Source: Pseudomonadota bacterium
Lineage (GTDB): Bacteria; Bdellovibrionota_B; Oligoflexia; Oligoflexales; CAIMVM01
Length of the DNA stretch: 34,494 nucleotides
NCBI GenBank assembly: GCA_037142195.1
Contig: JBAXBA010000036.1
Coordinates: 1 to 34,494, forward strand
Reading direction: 5' to 3'
Below the pieces are notes generated by a model. The model had not been told where the DNA came from, made no database searches, and saw nothing but the letters and a program-made list of their open reading frames with translations. Positions 18,204 to 27,100 of the stretch are shown here, one piece after another. The position numbers and the translations under genes are program-made. Each line of letters opens with the position of its first letter. Positions within the stretch are counted from its first letter, which is position 1.

Positions 18204-19451
18204 CTAGTTCATGACCTTGACCTCGACGTTTGCTCCCAGTCCATCATTGGAGACTTGAATGCTTCCATTCAAATACTTCATAGTTTCTGAAGCAATCTTC
18301 AGTCCTTGGCCGCCAGTTTTCTTTAATATCTCTTCGACAGAAGAACCCTTCGTTTCTGGTGGAATCTCCTTAAAACCTCCCGCTTGGTCCCTTATGGAAA
18401 AATAAAGTTCAGAATTTGTATTTACCACAAGGGAAATGGTAGAATGGGGAGGCGAAAATTTACTAGAATTCCCAACTATATTTCCAATTACATTGTAAAT
18501 AAGCGGCTCGAAATCGACTATGAAAACTGATTTTTCTTTGCCTTCTATGCTTATGTCTAGGGCTTGGGATTTAGTCTGAACGATGGGTTCGCAAAAATCT
18601 CGAATAAGTCCCACTAATTCTATTGCGGAAATTGGTCGAAGAGTCTCTTTCCCAACGCCAAGGGAGAGGTGAAAGCGCTTTGCTGCATTGACTATCGAGA
18701 TGGTATTGTCGAGAGAGTTTTCGACGTTTTTAAAATCGTTCTCTTCACAAAATCGTTCATTCTTGGTTTTAAACGAATTTAATCTAATGCCAGCGATGAA
18801 AAGTGAATTTGAAATGTCGTGCTGAAGAATGTTAAATAAATAGTCTCGAGAGGAAACCGCTTTTTCGTAGCGAATTTCTGCCAATAGATATTTAAAAGTC
18901 GAGTGCCTTATGACGAGAGCTACCCCTAGGCCTATGGCGATTTTATCGTTAAGCGGGTAGTCGTAGAGATACTCCATTAAGCGCACAGAGTCACTGCCGC
19001 TGAAAAAAATGCACTCAATAATGAGGGGTAAAAGTGCGAGTCCCATTAAGAAATACGTATTCATTCTATTGGCGATGAAAAGCGTAATAAGCACAATTAA
19101 AGTTGTAATCTCCACATCTTGAAAATAGCTGGAGTCGGGTCTTTTGTGGTTTGTAATCGACCATCCTAAATACAGGAAAATGAGTCCAAAATTAAATATT
19201 TTATCGACATGAAATCTTTGTTTTTTATTTTTCAGGAAGAGAATGATACCGACGGTCCAGATGCCTACACTCAACCAACGGGTTCCTGCAAATCCGGCAA
19301 ATTGGTAAGGATCCACTGACTTATCGAAAGAGGAAAATAATAGACATATCGCAATTCCAATAAGTCCTAAAAGCAAAAACTCCATGGGGCTGTGAAGTTT
19401 CTTGAATCTCTCTAGAGCCCATTTATATTCCTGCTTTTGCTGCATAGACAT
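18204..19451 (-). CDS. Orphan membrane-bound sensor histidine kinase
   Basis: About six hydrophobic N-terminal segments, H box ILQHDISNSL, N box NIVGNSSKFS, G1 IRDQAGGF, G2 GGQGLKIA; AGGA RBS. Confidence 0.88.
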   Translation of the reverse strand: MSMQQKQEYKWALERFKKLHSPMEFLLLGLIGIAICLLFSSFDKSVDPYQFAGFAGTRWLSVGIWTVGIILFLKNKKQRFHVDKIFNFGLIFLYLGWSITNHKRPDSSYFQDVEITTLIVLITLFIANRMNTYFLMGLALLPLIIECIFFSGSDSVRLMEYLYDYPLNDKIAIGLGVALVIRHSTFKYLLAEIRYEKAVSSRDYLFNILQHDISNSLFIAGIRLNSFKTKNERFCEENDFKNVENSLDNTISIVNAAKRFHLSLGVGKETLRPISAIELVGLIRDFCEPIVQTKSQALDISIEGKEKSVFIVDFEPLIYNVIGNIVGNSSKFSPPHSTISLVVNTNSELYFSIRDQAGGFKEIPPETKGSSVEEILKKTGGQGLKIASETMKYLNGSIQVSNDGLGANVEVKVMN

Positions 19452-19726
19452 CCTACGTTGTGTGGGCTCCGCTGCTTATACCTCCCCCCCCAAGTGCCAT
19501 CTAGTAGAATTCCAATCTATGTACAAACGTACGCAATTAAGAATTCTTCAATAAGAGACGTTCCTTTGCGAGCTTTGGTGCTTGGGAGGTAATAGCCAAC
19601 AATGATAGCACTTTATAAGGGATTCGAGGTGATTTTTTCGTAGATCCCCATGTTTTTCCTAAAATTGTCATTCTACAAAGGTTCTGAACCACCTTAGTGC
19701 GTCAAATTGACTTACGTCGAGTCTTC

Positions 19727-19776
19727 CATGGCGTAGGGACTCATGGCGTAGGGACTCATGGCGTAGGGACTCATGG
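19727..19776. repeat. Perfect 15-bp tandem repeat, 3.3 copies
   Basis: CATGGCGTAGGGACT x3 followed by CATGG, with no spacers. Confidence 0.97.
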
Positions 19777-19872
19777 GAAAATGAGACCGAAAGGGAAAAT
19801 TTCGAATTATAAATCAAAGAGCCCACACAACTTGCTAAAATCCCAGGTATTTATGATCTATTTTAAAAAATC

Positions 19873-19899
19873 CCGAGTTGGTAGCAATCTTGCCGATAT
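19873..19899 (+). promoter_or_regulatory. Sigma28 (FliA)-like promoter of the four-gene operon
   Basis: GCCGATAT (19892-19899) matches GCCGATAA at 7 of 8 positions; weak -35 CCGAG 14 bp upstream; 28 bp before the ATG. Confidence 0.45.
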
Positions 19900-19927
19900 T
19901 GCGGATGCCTAAATTAGGGGGGTACAA

Positions 19928-21076
19928 ATGAAAATATTCTGGGTTCTTTTAGTAGCGGCTGGGTGGGCCGAATCTGCGAGCGCAGATGAACGGGACCAAG
20001 CCATTCGAATGCACAATAGGTTGACTTGTGAACCACCGACTGAAGAAGTGTTGGAGCAAATGACGGATCTTATCAAAAAGGGAGATCCGGGAGCTGCCGG
20101 AAACTTAGCCGTACAAAATAGAGGATTTTTAGAATGTACGGTTAAGCAGTGGTGTTTAGTACAGACCAATACCGATCGTAGGTTTGATGTGAAGCTTAAC
20201 GATTATTGCGCCACGGTTATTGGAGCCGTTAGGGATGACAAAGCATTTGGCGATCTTTTGTCATCGGACATTATCTATGTAGCCGATCCTAATAAGTATT
20301 CAGGCACAGATTTGCCTCCTTACGATCCAGCAAATAATAAGCAGTATGAATTTATTGAGTCAAAAGGACTGAATTTAGGTGACGTTCTCATAGAGACAAA
20401 GCAGTCTGAAGTGAGCGGTATTGCACAAACAGCCGGTCTTTTGACTTCCAGAGCATTTGCAGAAGCGTATCTGTCTGCAGGTACCAACAGAAGAGCGGTT
20501 CGCTATTCTATGTTGAACTATCTTTGCAATGACCTAGAACAAATGAGCGACACCTCGCGCCCTGACGGCATGGTGGGCAGGGATGTGGAAAAAGCTCCCG
20601 GTGGTGATGCATCCACCTATAATAATAGATGTAAGGGATGTCACGCAGGACAAGATTTCTTTAGGGGTGCTTGGGCTTTTTATGATTACGACGTAACGGC
20701 GATGAAAATCAAATACACCCCAGGGGTGGTCGCAGAAAAATATAACATCAATGGTGATAGCAATCCTTTTGGCCACTTTACCCAGGATGACAAGTGGAGC
20801 AACAACTGGACTGTGGGACAAAATGCACGCTTCGGTTGGCCTGAAAATCTTAAAGGAGGCAATGGTGTGGCCTCGTTTGGTCAGATGATAGCGAAGACTG
20901 CCGGATTTAATACTTGTATTGCAAAACGAACCTATAAGTCAGTTTGTGCTAGTGAAGGCGAGTCCGAAAGAGAAAAGAAAATGATATCTGAACTTGCGAA
21001 CGACTTTAAAAGTAGCAATCAAAATTTGAAGACTCTTTTTGTCAAGACAGCGCTTCGCTGCAAAATTGGGGAATAG
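19928..21076 (+). CDS. Secreted monoheme (CxxCH) protein of unknown function, DUF1585/DUF1588-like
   Basis: Signal peptide ending ASA-D, AGLLTSRAF..TNRRAVR, heme motif CKGCH, C-terminal FNTCIAKRTYKSVC..ELANDFKSSNQNLKTLF typical of DUF1585-like tails. The family name is inferred. Confidence 0.75.
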   Translation: MKIFWVLLVAAGWAESASADERDQAIRMHNRLTCEPPTEEVLEQMTDLIKKGDPGAAGNLAVQNRGFLECTVKQWCLVQTNTDRRFDVKLNDYCATVIGAVRDDKAFGDLLSSDIIYVADPNKYSGTDLPPYDPANNKQYEFIESKGLNLGDVLIETKQSEVSGIAQTAGLLTSRAFAEAYLSAGTNRRAVRYSMLNYLCNDLEQMSDTSRPDGMVGRDVEKAPGGDASTYNNRCKGCHAGQDFFRGAWAFYDYDVTAMKIKYTPGVVAEKYNINGDSNPFGHFTQDDKWSNNWTVGQNARFGWPENLKGGNGVASFGQMIAKTAGFNTCIAKRTYKSVCASEGESEREKKMISELANDFKSSNQNLKTLFVKTALRCKIGE

Positions 21077-21085
21077 GGGTAAAAC

Positions 21086-21742
21086 ATGAAAATATTAAAT
21101 GTAATTCTATTTGTGGTTCCATTTGTTGTTTATGGGTGTAGCGGTGATTCACGTTCTAAAAAGAGAGCGCTACAAGTTAAGGGTCCTGTTTCCGTAGAGC
21201 AAAAATCCTCCGGTGGGGCAGATCAAGTCGCAGAGGAAGCTCCGATTTTTAGACTAGCGATTAAGAACTGCGATCAATTGCTGCGGACCATGGAGCGTAT
21301 TACCGGTGCGTCACGCCTTCAACCTCCCGTATCTACGGTCTATGACAGCGTCAAAGGCTCTTGTCCCACGGATCCAAGTCCAGATAGCTTCGATGGCTCT
21401 CAAATTGTTGCGGTCAACAAGTTAGCTACTGCGTTTTGCGCTGGTTATGTCACGAATGTCATTAAAAAAGGCTTAGTGACTGGAATTGATGTCACGCAAC
21501 CACCCAAAGTGGGAGTTACTGATGCAGGCTTAGATAACCTCTATACGGACTTCTTCAAGCGTTTTTACTTGGGGCCGCGCTCAGGAATTCCTGATGTTGC
21601 TAAGATCAAGGCTTCTATCGATGGCACACTTAAAGAGGTAAGAGATGCGGCATCGACTCCAGCGACTGCAAAAGGATCTGAGGCATTAGTACAAGCTGCT
21701 TGCTCAACTGTTTTAAGCTCTGCTCCGGTCATCACTCAGTAG
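21086..21742 (+). CDS. Hypothetical helical lipoprotein (operon member 2)
   Basis: Lipobox VYG-C, AGGGG RBS, 9 bp after the previous stop, 4 further Cys. Confidence 0.8.
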   Translation: MKILNVILFVVPFVVYGCSGDSRSKKRALQVKGPVSVEQKSSGGADQVAEEAPIFRLAIKNCDQLLRTMERITGASRLQPPVSTVYDSVKGSCPTDPSPDSFDGSQIVAVNKLATAFCAGYVTNVIKKGLVTGIDVTQPPKVGVTDAGLDNLYTDFFKRFYLGPRSGIPDVAKIKASIDGTLKEVRDAASTPATAKGSEALVQAACSTVLSSAPVITQ

Positions 21743-21787
21743 ATTTCTAATTAAGATAAATACACATAATTTCGGGGGATAGGAAAA

Positions 21788-23230
21788 ATGGATAAGAAAT
21801 TAGAACAAGAAAAATTAGAGAAATTGCAAAAGCAAATCGCCGATTCAGGCCATGGAAAGCCAGTGACAAGACGTGAACTCTTGGGCCAAGGACTGATCTC
21901 TGGTTCTGCCTTTGTCATTGCCCCTAGCCTCTTAGGTTCTATCTACTCACAGAGTGCTATGGGTCAGGATGCCCTAGCGAAAAGTTGTCCTGCAGACGAC
22001 GGAGGTAGTGCCTCTTTAGGTGCTATAGTAGTTGAACTAGCCGGAGGAGGGAATCTGGCAGGAGGAAATGTTTTCGTCGGTGGCCGTGGTGGTCAGTCGG
22101 ATATTTTACCGGCAGGATCTTACTCTTCTTTAGGTGGGGCTCCAGGAACAGCCGTCAAACAGTACGGACTGCTCTGGAATCCAGCTTCAAAATTTATGGT
22201 AGGTTTGAATACGGCGATCACCGATCAAGCTGTTAGGGACAAAGTTAAAGGAATCCTCTTTTGCTCCACATCTGAAAACGATACCAATAATAATTCCTAT
22301 ATTCCGACGCATCAACTGGTTCATGCGGGAGCCATGGGAGAAGTTGCCAAACTTGTGGGAACTGCTGGCGGACTGAATGGTGCGAGGAGCAATAAAACGA
22401 CTCCATTTATTGAACCAGGGCTGACCGCGGTTTCTATTAGCAAGTCTGCCGATGCTATCTCAATTGTAGCGAAGAGTGATCTCGCTCAAACCTTGGGTGA
22501 TGAATCCATCAACAAAATCATGAAAGCCACGTCTTTAATGGGCAGTGATGCTCTATGCAATATTTCGAGGCGATCTTTGTCGGAACAAATGGCCGCTGTC
22601 TGTGGTTGCCGATATGATAAGTCCTATAGTTTAGCGACTAAGTTTGGAGTTGATAGTATAGATCCTCTTAAGGACACGGGGATTACAGCTATATATGGAG
22701 CTCAGGCCAATGAAGCCGAAGCTACGATTTCCAAGCTCGTGGTCAGCGGTTTGGCGGGTGTAGGTGTGATTGTAAAAGGTGGGTATGATTATCACGGCCA
22801 AGCTCGCACGGCTACGGATGCAAAGGACCAAGATGCTGGTCTCACCGTGGGTCGAATCATTGCTTATGCAGCTAAGCAGAATCGCCCGGTTACGGTCATC
22901 GTAGTCACCGATGGAGGTGTATCTTCCAATGACTCGGGAATGTGGTCGTCCGATTCTTCACAAAGATCTTCAGCGCTGCAGTTTAGCTATCATCCTAAAG
23001 GGACCCAAGTACAGGCGAGCAAAGATCCTCAGATCGGAGCTTACAAGGCGGATGGTACTGCAGATAAAACTGTTAATGCCATCGGAGACAATACTACGAA
23101 TTTGGCTCTTGCGTTTACGGCAAATTACCTTGCCTTAAAGGGTGATGAAAAAAGACTTGCTACCCTATTTGGAGCGAATCCTATCTCCCAAAAACTCGAG
23201 GAGTATTTAGTGTTTTCAAAGTCTATGTAA
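21788..23230 (+). CDS. Tat-exported DUF1501-like protein
   Basis: Twin-arginine motif TRRELL followed by a hydrophobic stretch. VELAGG, GGYDYH and VIVVTDG parallel the DUF1501 motifs xLxGG, GGWDTH and VVxSEF. Confidence 0.75.
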   Translation: MDKKLEQEKLEKLQKQIADSGHGKPVTRRELLGQGLISGSAFVIAPSLLGSIYSQSAMGQDALAKSCPADDGGSASLGAIVVELAGGGNLAGGNVFVGGRGGQSDILPAGSYSSLGGAPGTAVKQYGLLWNPASKFMVGLNTAITDQAVRDKVKGILFCSTSENDTNNNSYIPTHQLVHAGAMGEVAKLVGTAGGLNGARSNKTTPFIEPGLTAVSISKSADAISIVAKSDLAQTLGDESINKIMKATSLMGSDALCNISRRSLSEQMAAVCGCRYDKSYSLATKFGVDSIDPLKDTGITAIYGAQANEAEATISKLVVSGLAGVGVIVKGGYDYHGQARTATDAKDQDAGLTVGRIIAYAAKQNRPVTVIVVTDGGVSSNDSGMWSSDSSQRSSALQFSYHPKGTQVQASKDPQIGAYKADGTADKTVNAIGDNTTNLALAFTANYLALKGDEKRLATLFGANPISQKLEEYLVFSKSM

Positions 23231-23263
23231 TGGTTGTGCCGAAGTTGAATAAAGGGGGTGGCT

Positions 23264-24544
23264 GTGAAATTTTTTGTTCCCATCACAATGATACTTTTTT
23301 CCATGTCCTGTGGAAGCGGGGGAGTGATTAAATCCAAAAGCTCATCGTTGCCTAAAACTGCTGGAGGTGACGTTAAGGCGAGTGGAGATTGGAATTCCGC
23401 TTATCTCGCAGGCTATGAATCCGAGATTCTACCCTTTGCCGTAAAAAACTGTGGCAGCTGTCATGGGGAGACGATCGCGCCAAAGTTTGCGGCGAGCGAT
23501 GCAAAAGAAAGTGCCAAAGCTGCTTTAGATGGACATAAACTTGACTTCGTTGATATTGACGCGTCTCGTCTGATTCTGCGGCTGACCCAAGATCAGCACA
23601 ATTGTGGAGAAAAAGCGGAATGCCAGGCACTAGGAGCTGAGTTGAAGGCAAAAATAGCAGCTTTGGTGGCGAAGTTGCCTGCTCAAACCTCGACGACGCG
23701 AGAGATTCCCCAAACTCCGACACAAGATTTCACCAATCTGGTGGATTCTGACCGCGTGATTGCGTCTCCTTCCTTTTTAATTGTGGAAGCAGAATCCCTA
23801 ATTCCGGCTGGTGCGACTGCTCCTTTGGCGTCTACGGTTGAGGGCTCAACAACTTATGTGAAGATGCCGGCTACTACAACTAACTTTACCGCTCCCGTCA
23901 CAACGGTTTTGGGTGGCAAATATTATGTTTGGGCGCGGTACCGGAGAGCAGCTCAAGGCGCCATGACTGCTAATTTCTCCTATAACAGTGACGCGGTCCC
24001 TCCAGTAGCTGTGAATCGAGCTTTCCCAGTGGTGGACACGAAGGGCGCATTTCGCATGTCTCCGCTCAATCAACTGGCTCAAGGAATACCAGGCCCCTAT
24101 ATCATGCCTACCCCACAAACCATTAGTGTGACGCTTGCGATGAGTGTGTTGGACCTTGATATGATCATCTTTACAGATGTGGACTATTCCAAGCGGGTAG
24201 AGAAGGAGCCCACCATCACCAAGAAGGTTTTAAACTTCGACTTGACTTCTATGGGAGTCCCTGGCGGGCGTATCGAAATTGCAGCATCCGTTATCGACCC
24301 CGAGGGCTCCAAAACCTACAATTTCGAAGCACCTCGATATTTCGGCCCACAAAACGCTAAAATTAAAGGTATGAAGATCTTAGTTAATGGCAAATGGAAT
24401 CCCGTGAGTTCCCAGTTTACGGCTCTAGATACAGTGGTTGCCAAAGGTGAGTACTTATCCACTAATGCTATGACGGTTGCTAGTGACAAGGGTGTGGAAG
24501 CAGATAAGTTCTCGCTTACCTTTGAGGAAATCGCTCCCAAGTAA
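23264..24544 (+). CDS. c-type cytochrome lipoprotein with carbohydrate-binding-like domain
   Basis: Lipobox SMS-C, heme motif CGSCH, HNCGEKAEC, central VEAES..YYVWARYR..LDMIIFT (galactose-binding/CBM-like) and a beta-rich C-terminus. GTG 23264 fits the GGGGG RBS spacing better than GTG 23258. Confidence 0.75.
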   Translation: MKFFVPITMILFSMSCGSGGVIKSKSSSLPKTAGGDVKASGDWNSAYLAGYESEILPFAVKNCGSCHGETIAPKFAASDAKESAKAALDGHKLDFVDIDASRLILRLTQDQHNCGEKAECQALGAELKAKIAALVAKLPAQTSTTREIPQTPTQDFTNLVDSDRVIASPSFLIVEAESLIPAGATAPLASTVEGSTTYVKMPATTTNFTAPVTTVLGGKYYVWARYRRAAQGAMTANFSYNSDAVPPVAVNRAFPVVDTKGAFRMSPLNQLAQGIPGPYIMPTPQTISVTLAMSVLDLDMIIFTDVDYSKRVEKEPTITKKVLNFDLTSMGVPGGRIEIAASVIDPEGSKTYNFEAPRYFGPQNAKIKGMKILVNGKWNPVSSQFTALDTVVAKGEYLSTNAMTVASDKGVEADKFSLTFEEIAPK

Positions 24545-24598
24545 CGATTCTTGCAGCGCTAACAAGCATCTTTAGAAATGACTTTAGGACCTAGAAGC

Positions 24599-25393
24599 CT
24601 ATCTAACCCAGGATGTAATCGTCTTGGGTTTTATTTCCTGAAGCTCTGCACGACCCGAATGAACGCTATCAAAGAGAATCGCTTCTAAATCCTGGTGATC
24701 CGATAAAGCCATTAAAATGAGCTCGACTTCATTTTCTATAAACCAGATAGAATCATAACCCACTTTGAGCTGTGCTAGGCCAGAGTTCTTGTAGTCCAAA
24801 TCTAAAATGGCAGTGTGGTCCTTTAGCATAAGTCTAGTTCTCGGGCTTCCCTCCTGTAGCGGGAAATGGTGGGTTGCAAGCCACTTCTTGGTGCCGCCGA
24901 GGCTTGTCTCTTTGTGACGTCCTGTAAGGTAAGCGATGTCGGCTCCCCTGATCAGGCACTCGGTCACGAATTCTTTGCCGCCTGCATAAGGGAGATCGTG
25001 AACGAGCCAATCTTCATGAAAAAATCTATCTTTCCAAAAGTTTAAGATGATTTTTTCTTCCACGGAATGAGGTTTGATTTTTATTCCAGAATGCATATTA
25101 ATAAAATCCATAGGATGATAGACCTCAACCCATTCCGTCCATTGATTTATCTCTCGGCAGAGCTCTTTTAATTGAGAGTTATGACTCGGCTGGCGAGCAA
25201 ATTCCCTGCAAATGGCGGCTGTACGGTGACTTGTGTCGATGAGGGTCGAGTCTATATCAAAGATAACCAGGGACCTGTGTCCCGATGAAGCAGGATTTGA
25301 AATTTTCCTGAGTATTTGATCGAGAATCGTTTTTGAATCTGCATCAAGCAGGGCTCGATTGGGGGACTCAGCAAGACGTTGATTGATCCACAT
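24599..25393 (-). CDS. HAD-superfamily hydrolase (acid phosphatase-like)
   Basis: Motif I FDIDSTL, motif II YLTGR, motif III Lys (DYK), motif IV variant FIENE. Confidence 0.85.
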   Translation of the reverse strand: MWINQRLAESPNRALLDADSKTILDQILRKISNPASSGHRSLVIFDIDSTLIDTSHRTAAICREFARQPSHNSQLKELCREINQWTEWVEVYHPMDFINMHSGIKIKPHSVEEKIILNFWKDRFFHEDWLVHDLPYAGGKEFVTECLIRGADIAYLTGRHKETSLGGTKKWLATHHFPLQEGSPRTRLMLKDHTAILDLDYKNSGLAQLKVGYDSIWFIENEVELILMALSDHQDLEAILFDSVHSGRAELQEIKPKTITSWVR

Positions 25394-25411
25394 ATGATTT
25401 TCCTGACTTAG

Positions 25412-27046
25412 TTAAAGAGTTTTTAAGAATTCAAGGAGAGAGGATTTATCTTCCGTGGAAATGAGTTCGACGCCGTTCTTCAGGAAAATTCCTTCATCAT
25501 GACCTCCGTTTCCTTGACCTAAAATGCGAGTGTCAAATTTTACAGCAAATTTTTTAGGTGTCAGTTTGCTCACCGGGTAACCCAAACATGTAGTGTCATA
25601 ATCTTCACGGGGATCTTTGGGATCCACAGCATAATAGATGACGGGTCTTTTTTTGCTGGGATTTAGAACATCGCAAAGCGTAGGGACAGAGTTGTTGTGC
25701 ATATAGGGAAAACGAGCCCAAATTCCTTCTAAAGGGGGAGGAACATAGCCTTTCTTAGGAATAACTACAGTGCCCATAAACTTAGAAATCGACAAGCGAT
25801 TTAAGTCCTCAGCGAACGATGCCATTCCTAAATATCGAGAGGGATCCGTCCCCACATCAAAGACGGGAGTGGATCTATGATAGATGGTGGAAGTGGTAGC
25901 AGTTTCGTCTTCATTAGTTTTATCGTCAGACCAGGCTTTTTTATAGGTGCCGTGGCAGCCCGCACAATGGGAGTTGAAAACGAGTTCCCCGCGTTTAGCT
26001 TTGGGGATGTCTATAGAATCTTCGCCAAAAAAATCAATATAGCGGGGAGCTTTTACGTGTAAAAGAGCATTGATCATATCTTTTGCTAAAGGTTCATTTT
26101 CCTTTAACCAAGATTCGAGTTCCACGAGATCAGCACCTCTACCCAATTCATTCCAAAGAAAATTCGTATAGACGGGGTTTCCGCCTTCCAGGGAACCATC
26201 GCTAAGCCACTTGGTCTTGTATTTCAAATTCCACCACACCGCTGGTTTGGAATCTGCTCGATGATTCATGAGATAGTGTCTGGGAGGTTGGGCAGCCAGC
26301 TTCGGGTTAAAGGATGCGGTTTCATCTTTATTCCGCTTATTTAAGGTCAGTCCAACCTGGGCTAGGCTTGTGTCTAGACCGAGGGAAGTGGGCGTCTTAG
26401 CCCCAATGTTTTTTGCCGCAAAGCCATCTTCAAGGAGCAACGAGGTTTCACTAGGTGAAGCAGACAGCAGCTTGGCGGCAGCCTGGGGGGGGATGAAGTG
26501 AAACACTCGCCCGCTGAGTACAAAAAGGTGATTGGCTTTAGGAAAGCGAGTACTTAGGCCGATAATGGGTTTTCCAAAAAGAGACCCCACATGACAGGCG
26601 GCACATCCAAAGGTAATTCCCTCTATACCGTTTCGAGGGATTTTGCTGACTCCAAAGTAGTCATCGTCGGTGGGTATAGGGGTGGATTCGCTAGATTTAC
26701 TGAGTCCGAGCCACTCATAGAATTCGCTTTTGGAACCAAATGTATTTAAGTTTAAAATGGTGCTGACAAAATTCAAGAAGGGACGGGTCTTGAGATCGCC
26801 GCTAAAAAAATCCTCCATGAGTTGGCTGGGAAGTAGCAATCTGGTCGAGGGGATGGGGTAGCGAGAAAGATGCTCTTCGCCACGAGCTATAGACTGTGTT
26901 AAGTCTTCGGGGTTAAGATGATAGGGGTTTGAATTTCCTTGTCCGTCCTTAAGTTCGAAACCACGGCGGAAGGGGTCATTGGGCGATGCGGCGAAGGACA
27001 TTGACGTTTTGAGAATCGTAAAGATCAATATAAGGCGCTGAACCAT
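25412..27046 (-). CDS. Secreted diheme c-type cytochrome, RoxA-like (rubber oxygenase/MauG/bCcP superfamily)
   Basis: CAACH and CAGCH heme motifs, VGTDPSR, YVPPPLEGIWARFPYMHNNSVPTL, GNGGH, LLEFLKTL. Start moved to ATG 27046 (GGAG RBS, signal peptide MVQRLILIF..SFA), which removes the overlap with fabH. Confidence 0.82.
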   Translation of the reverse strand: MVQRLILIFTILKTSMSFAASPNDPFRRGFELKDGQGNSNPYHLNPEDLTQSIARGEEHLSRYPIPSTRLLLPSQLMEDFFSGDLKTRPFLNFVSTILNLNTFGSKSEFYEWLGLSKSSESTPIPTDDDYFGVSKIPRNGIEGITFGCAACHVGSLFGKPIIGLSTRFPKANHLFVLSGRVFHFIPPQAAAKLLSASPSETSLLLEDGFAAKNIGAKTPTSLGLDTSLAQVGLTLNKRNKDETASFNPKLAAQPPRHYLMNHRADSKPAVWWNLKYKTKWLSDGSLEGGNPVYTNFLWNELGRGADLVELESWLKENEPLAKDMINALLHVKAPRYIDFFGEDSIDIPKAKRGELVFNSHCAGCHGTYKKAWSDDKTNEDETATTSTIYHRSTPVFDVGTDPSRYLGMASFAEDLNRLSISKFMGTVVIPKKGYVPPPLEGIWARFPYMHNNSVPTLCDVLNPSKKRPVIYYAVDPKDPREDYDTTCLGYPVSKLTPKKFAVKFDTRILGQGNGGHDEGIFLKNGVELISTEDKSSLLEFLKTL

Positions 27047-27100
27047 AGAAATCGTTCTCCCTAAAGGTATAGGACCTATTAAACATTTTTTGGAGCCTAC

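Noticed and set aside
19727..19776. CRISPR array
   Set aside because: Repeats are 15 bp, contiguous and have no spacers; no cas genes in the window.
19697..19912. 71-aa ORF with HGVGT repeats
   Set aside because: No RBS; the peptide repeat follows simply from a 15-bp unit; the ORF covers the probable promoter region.
21788..23230. Type II secretion GspF label for the Tat protein
   Set aside because: No multi-TM GspF/PilC architecture; it is a soluble protein with a twin-arginine signal.
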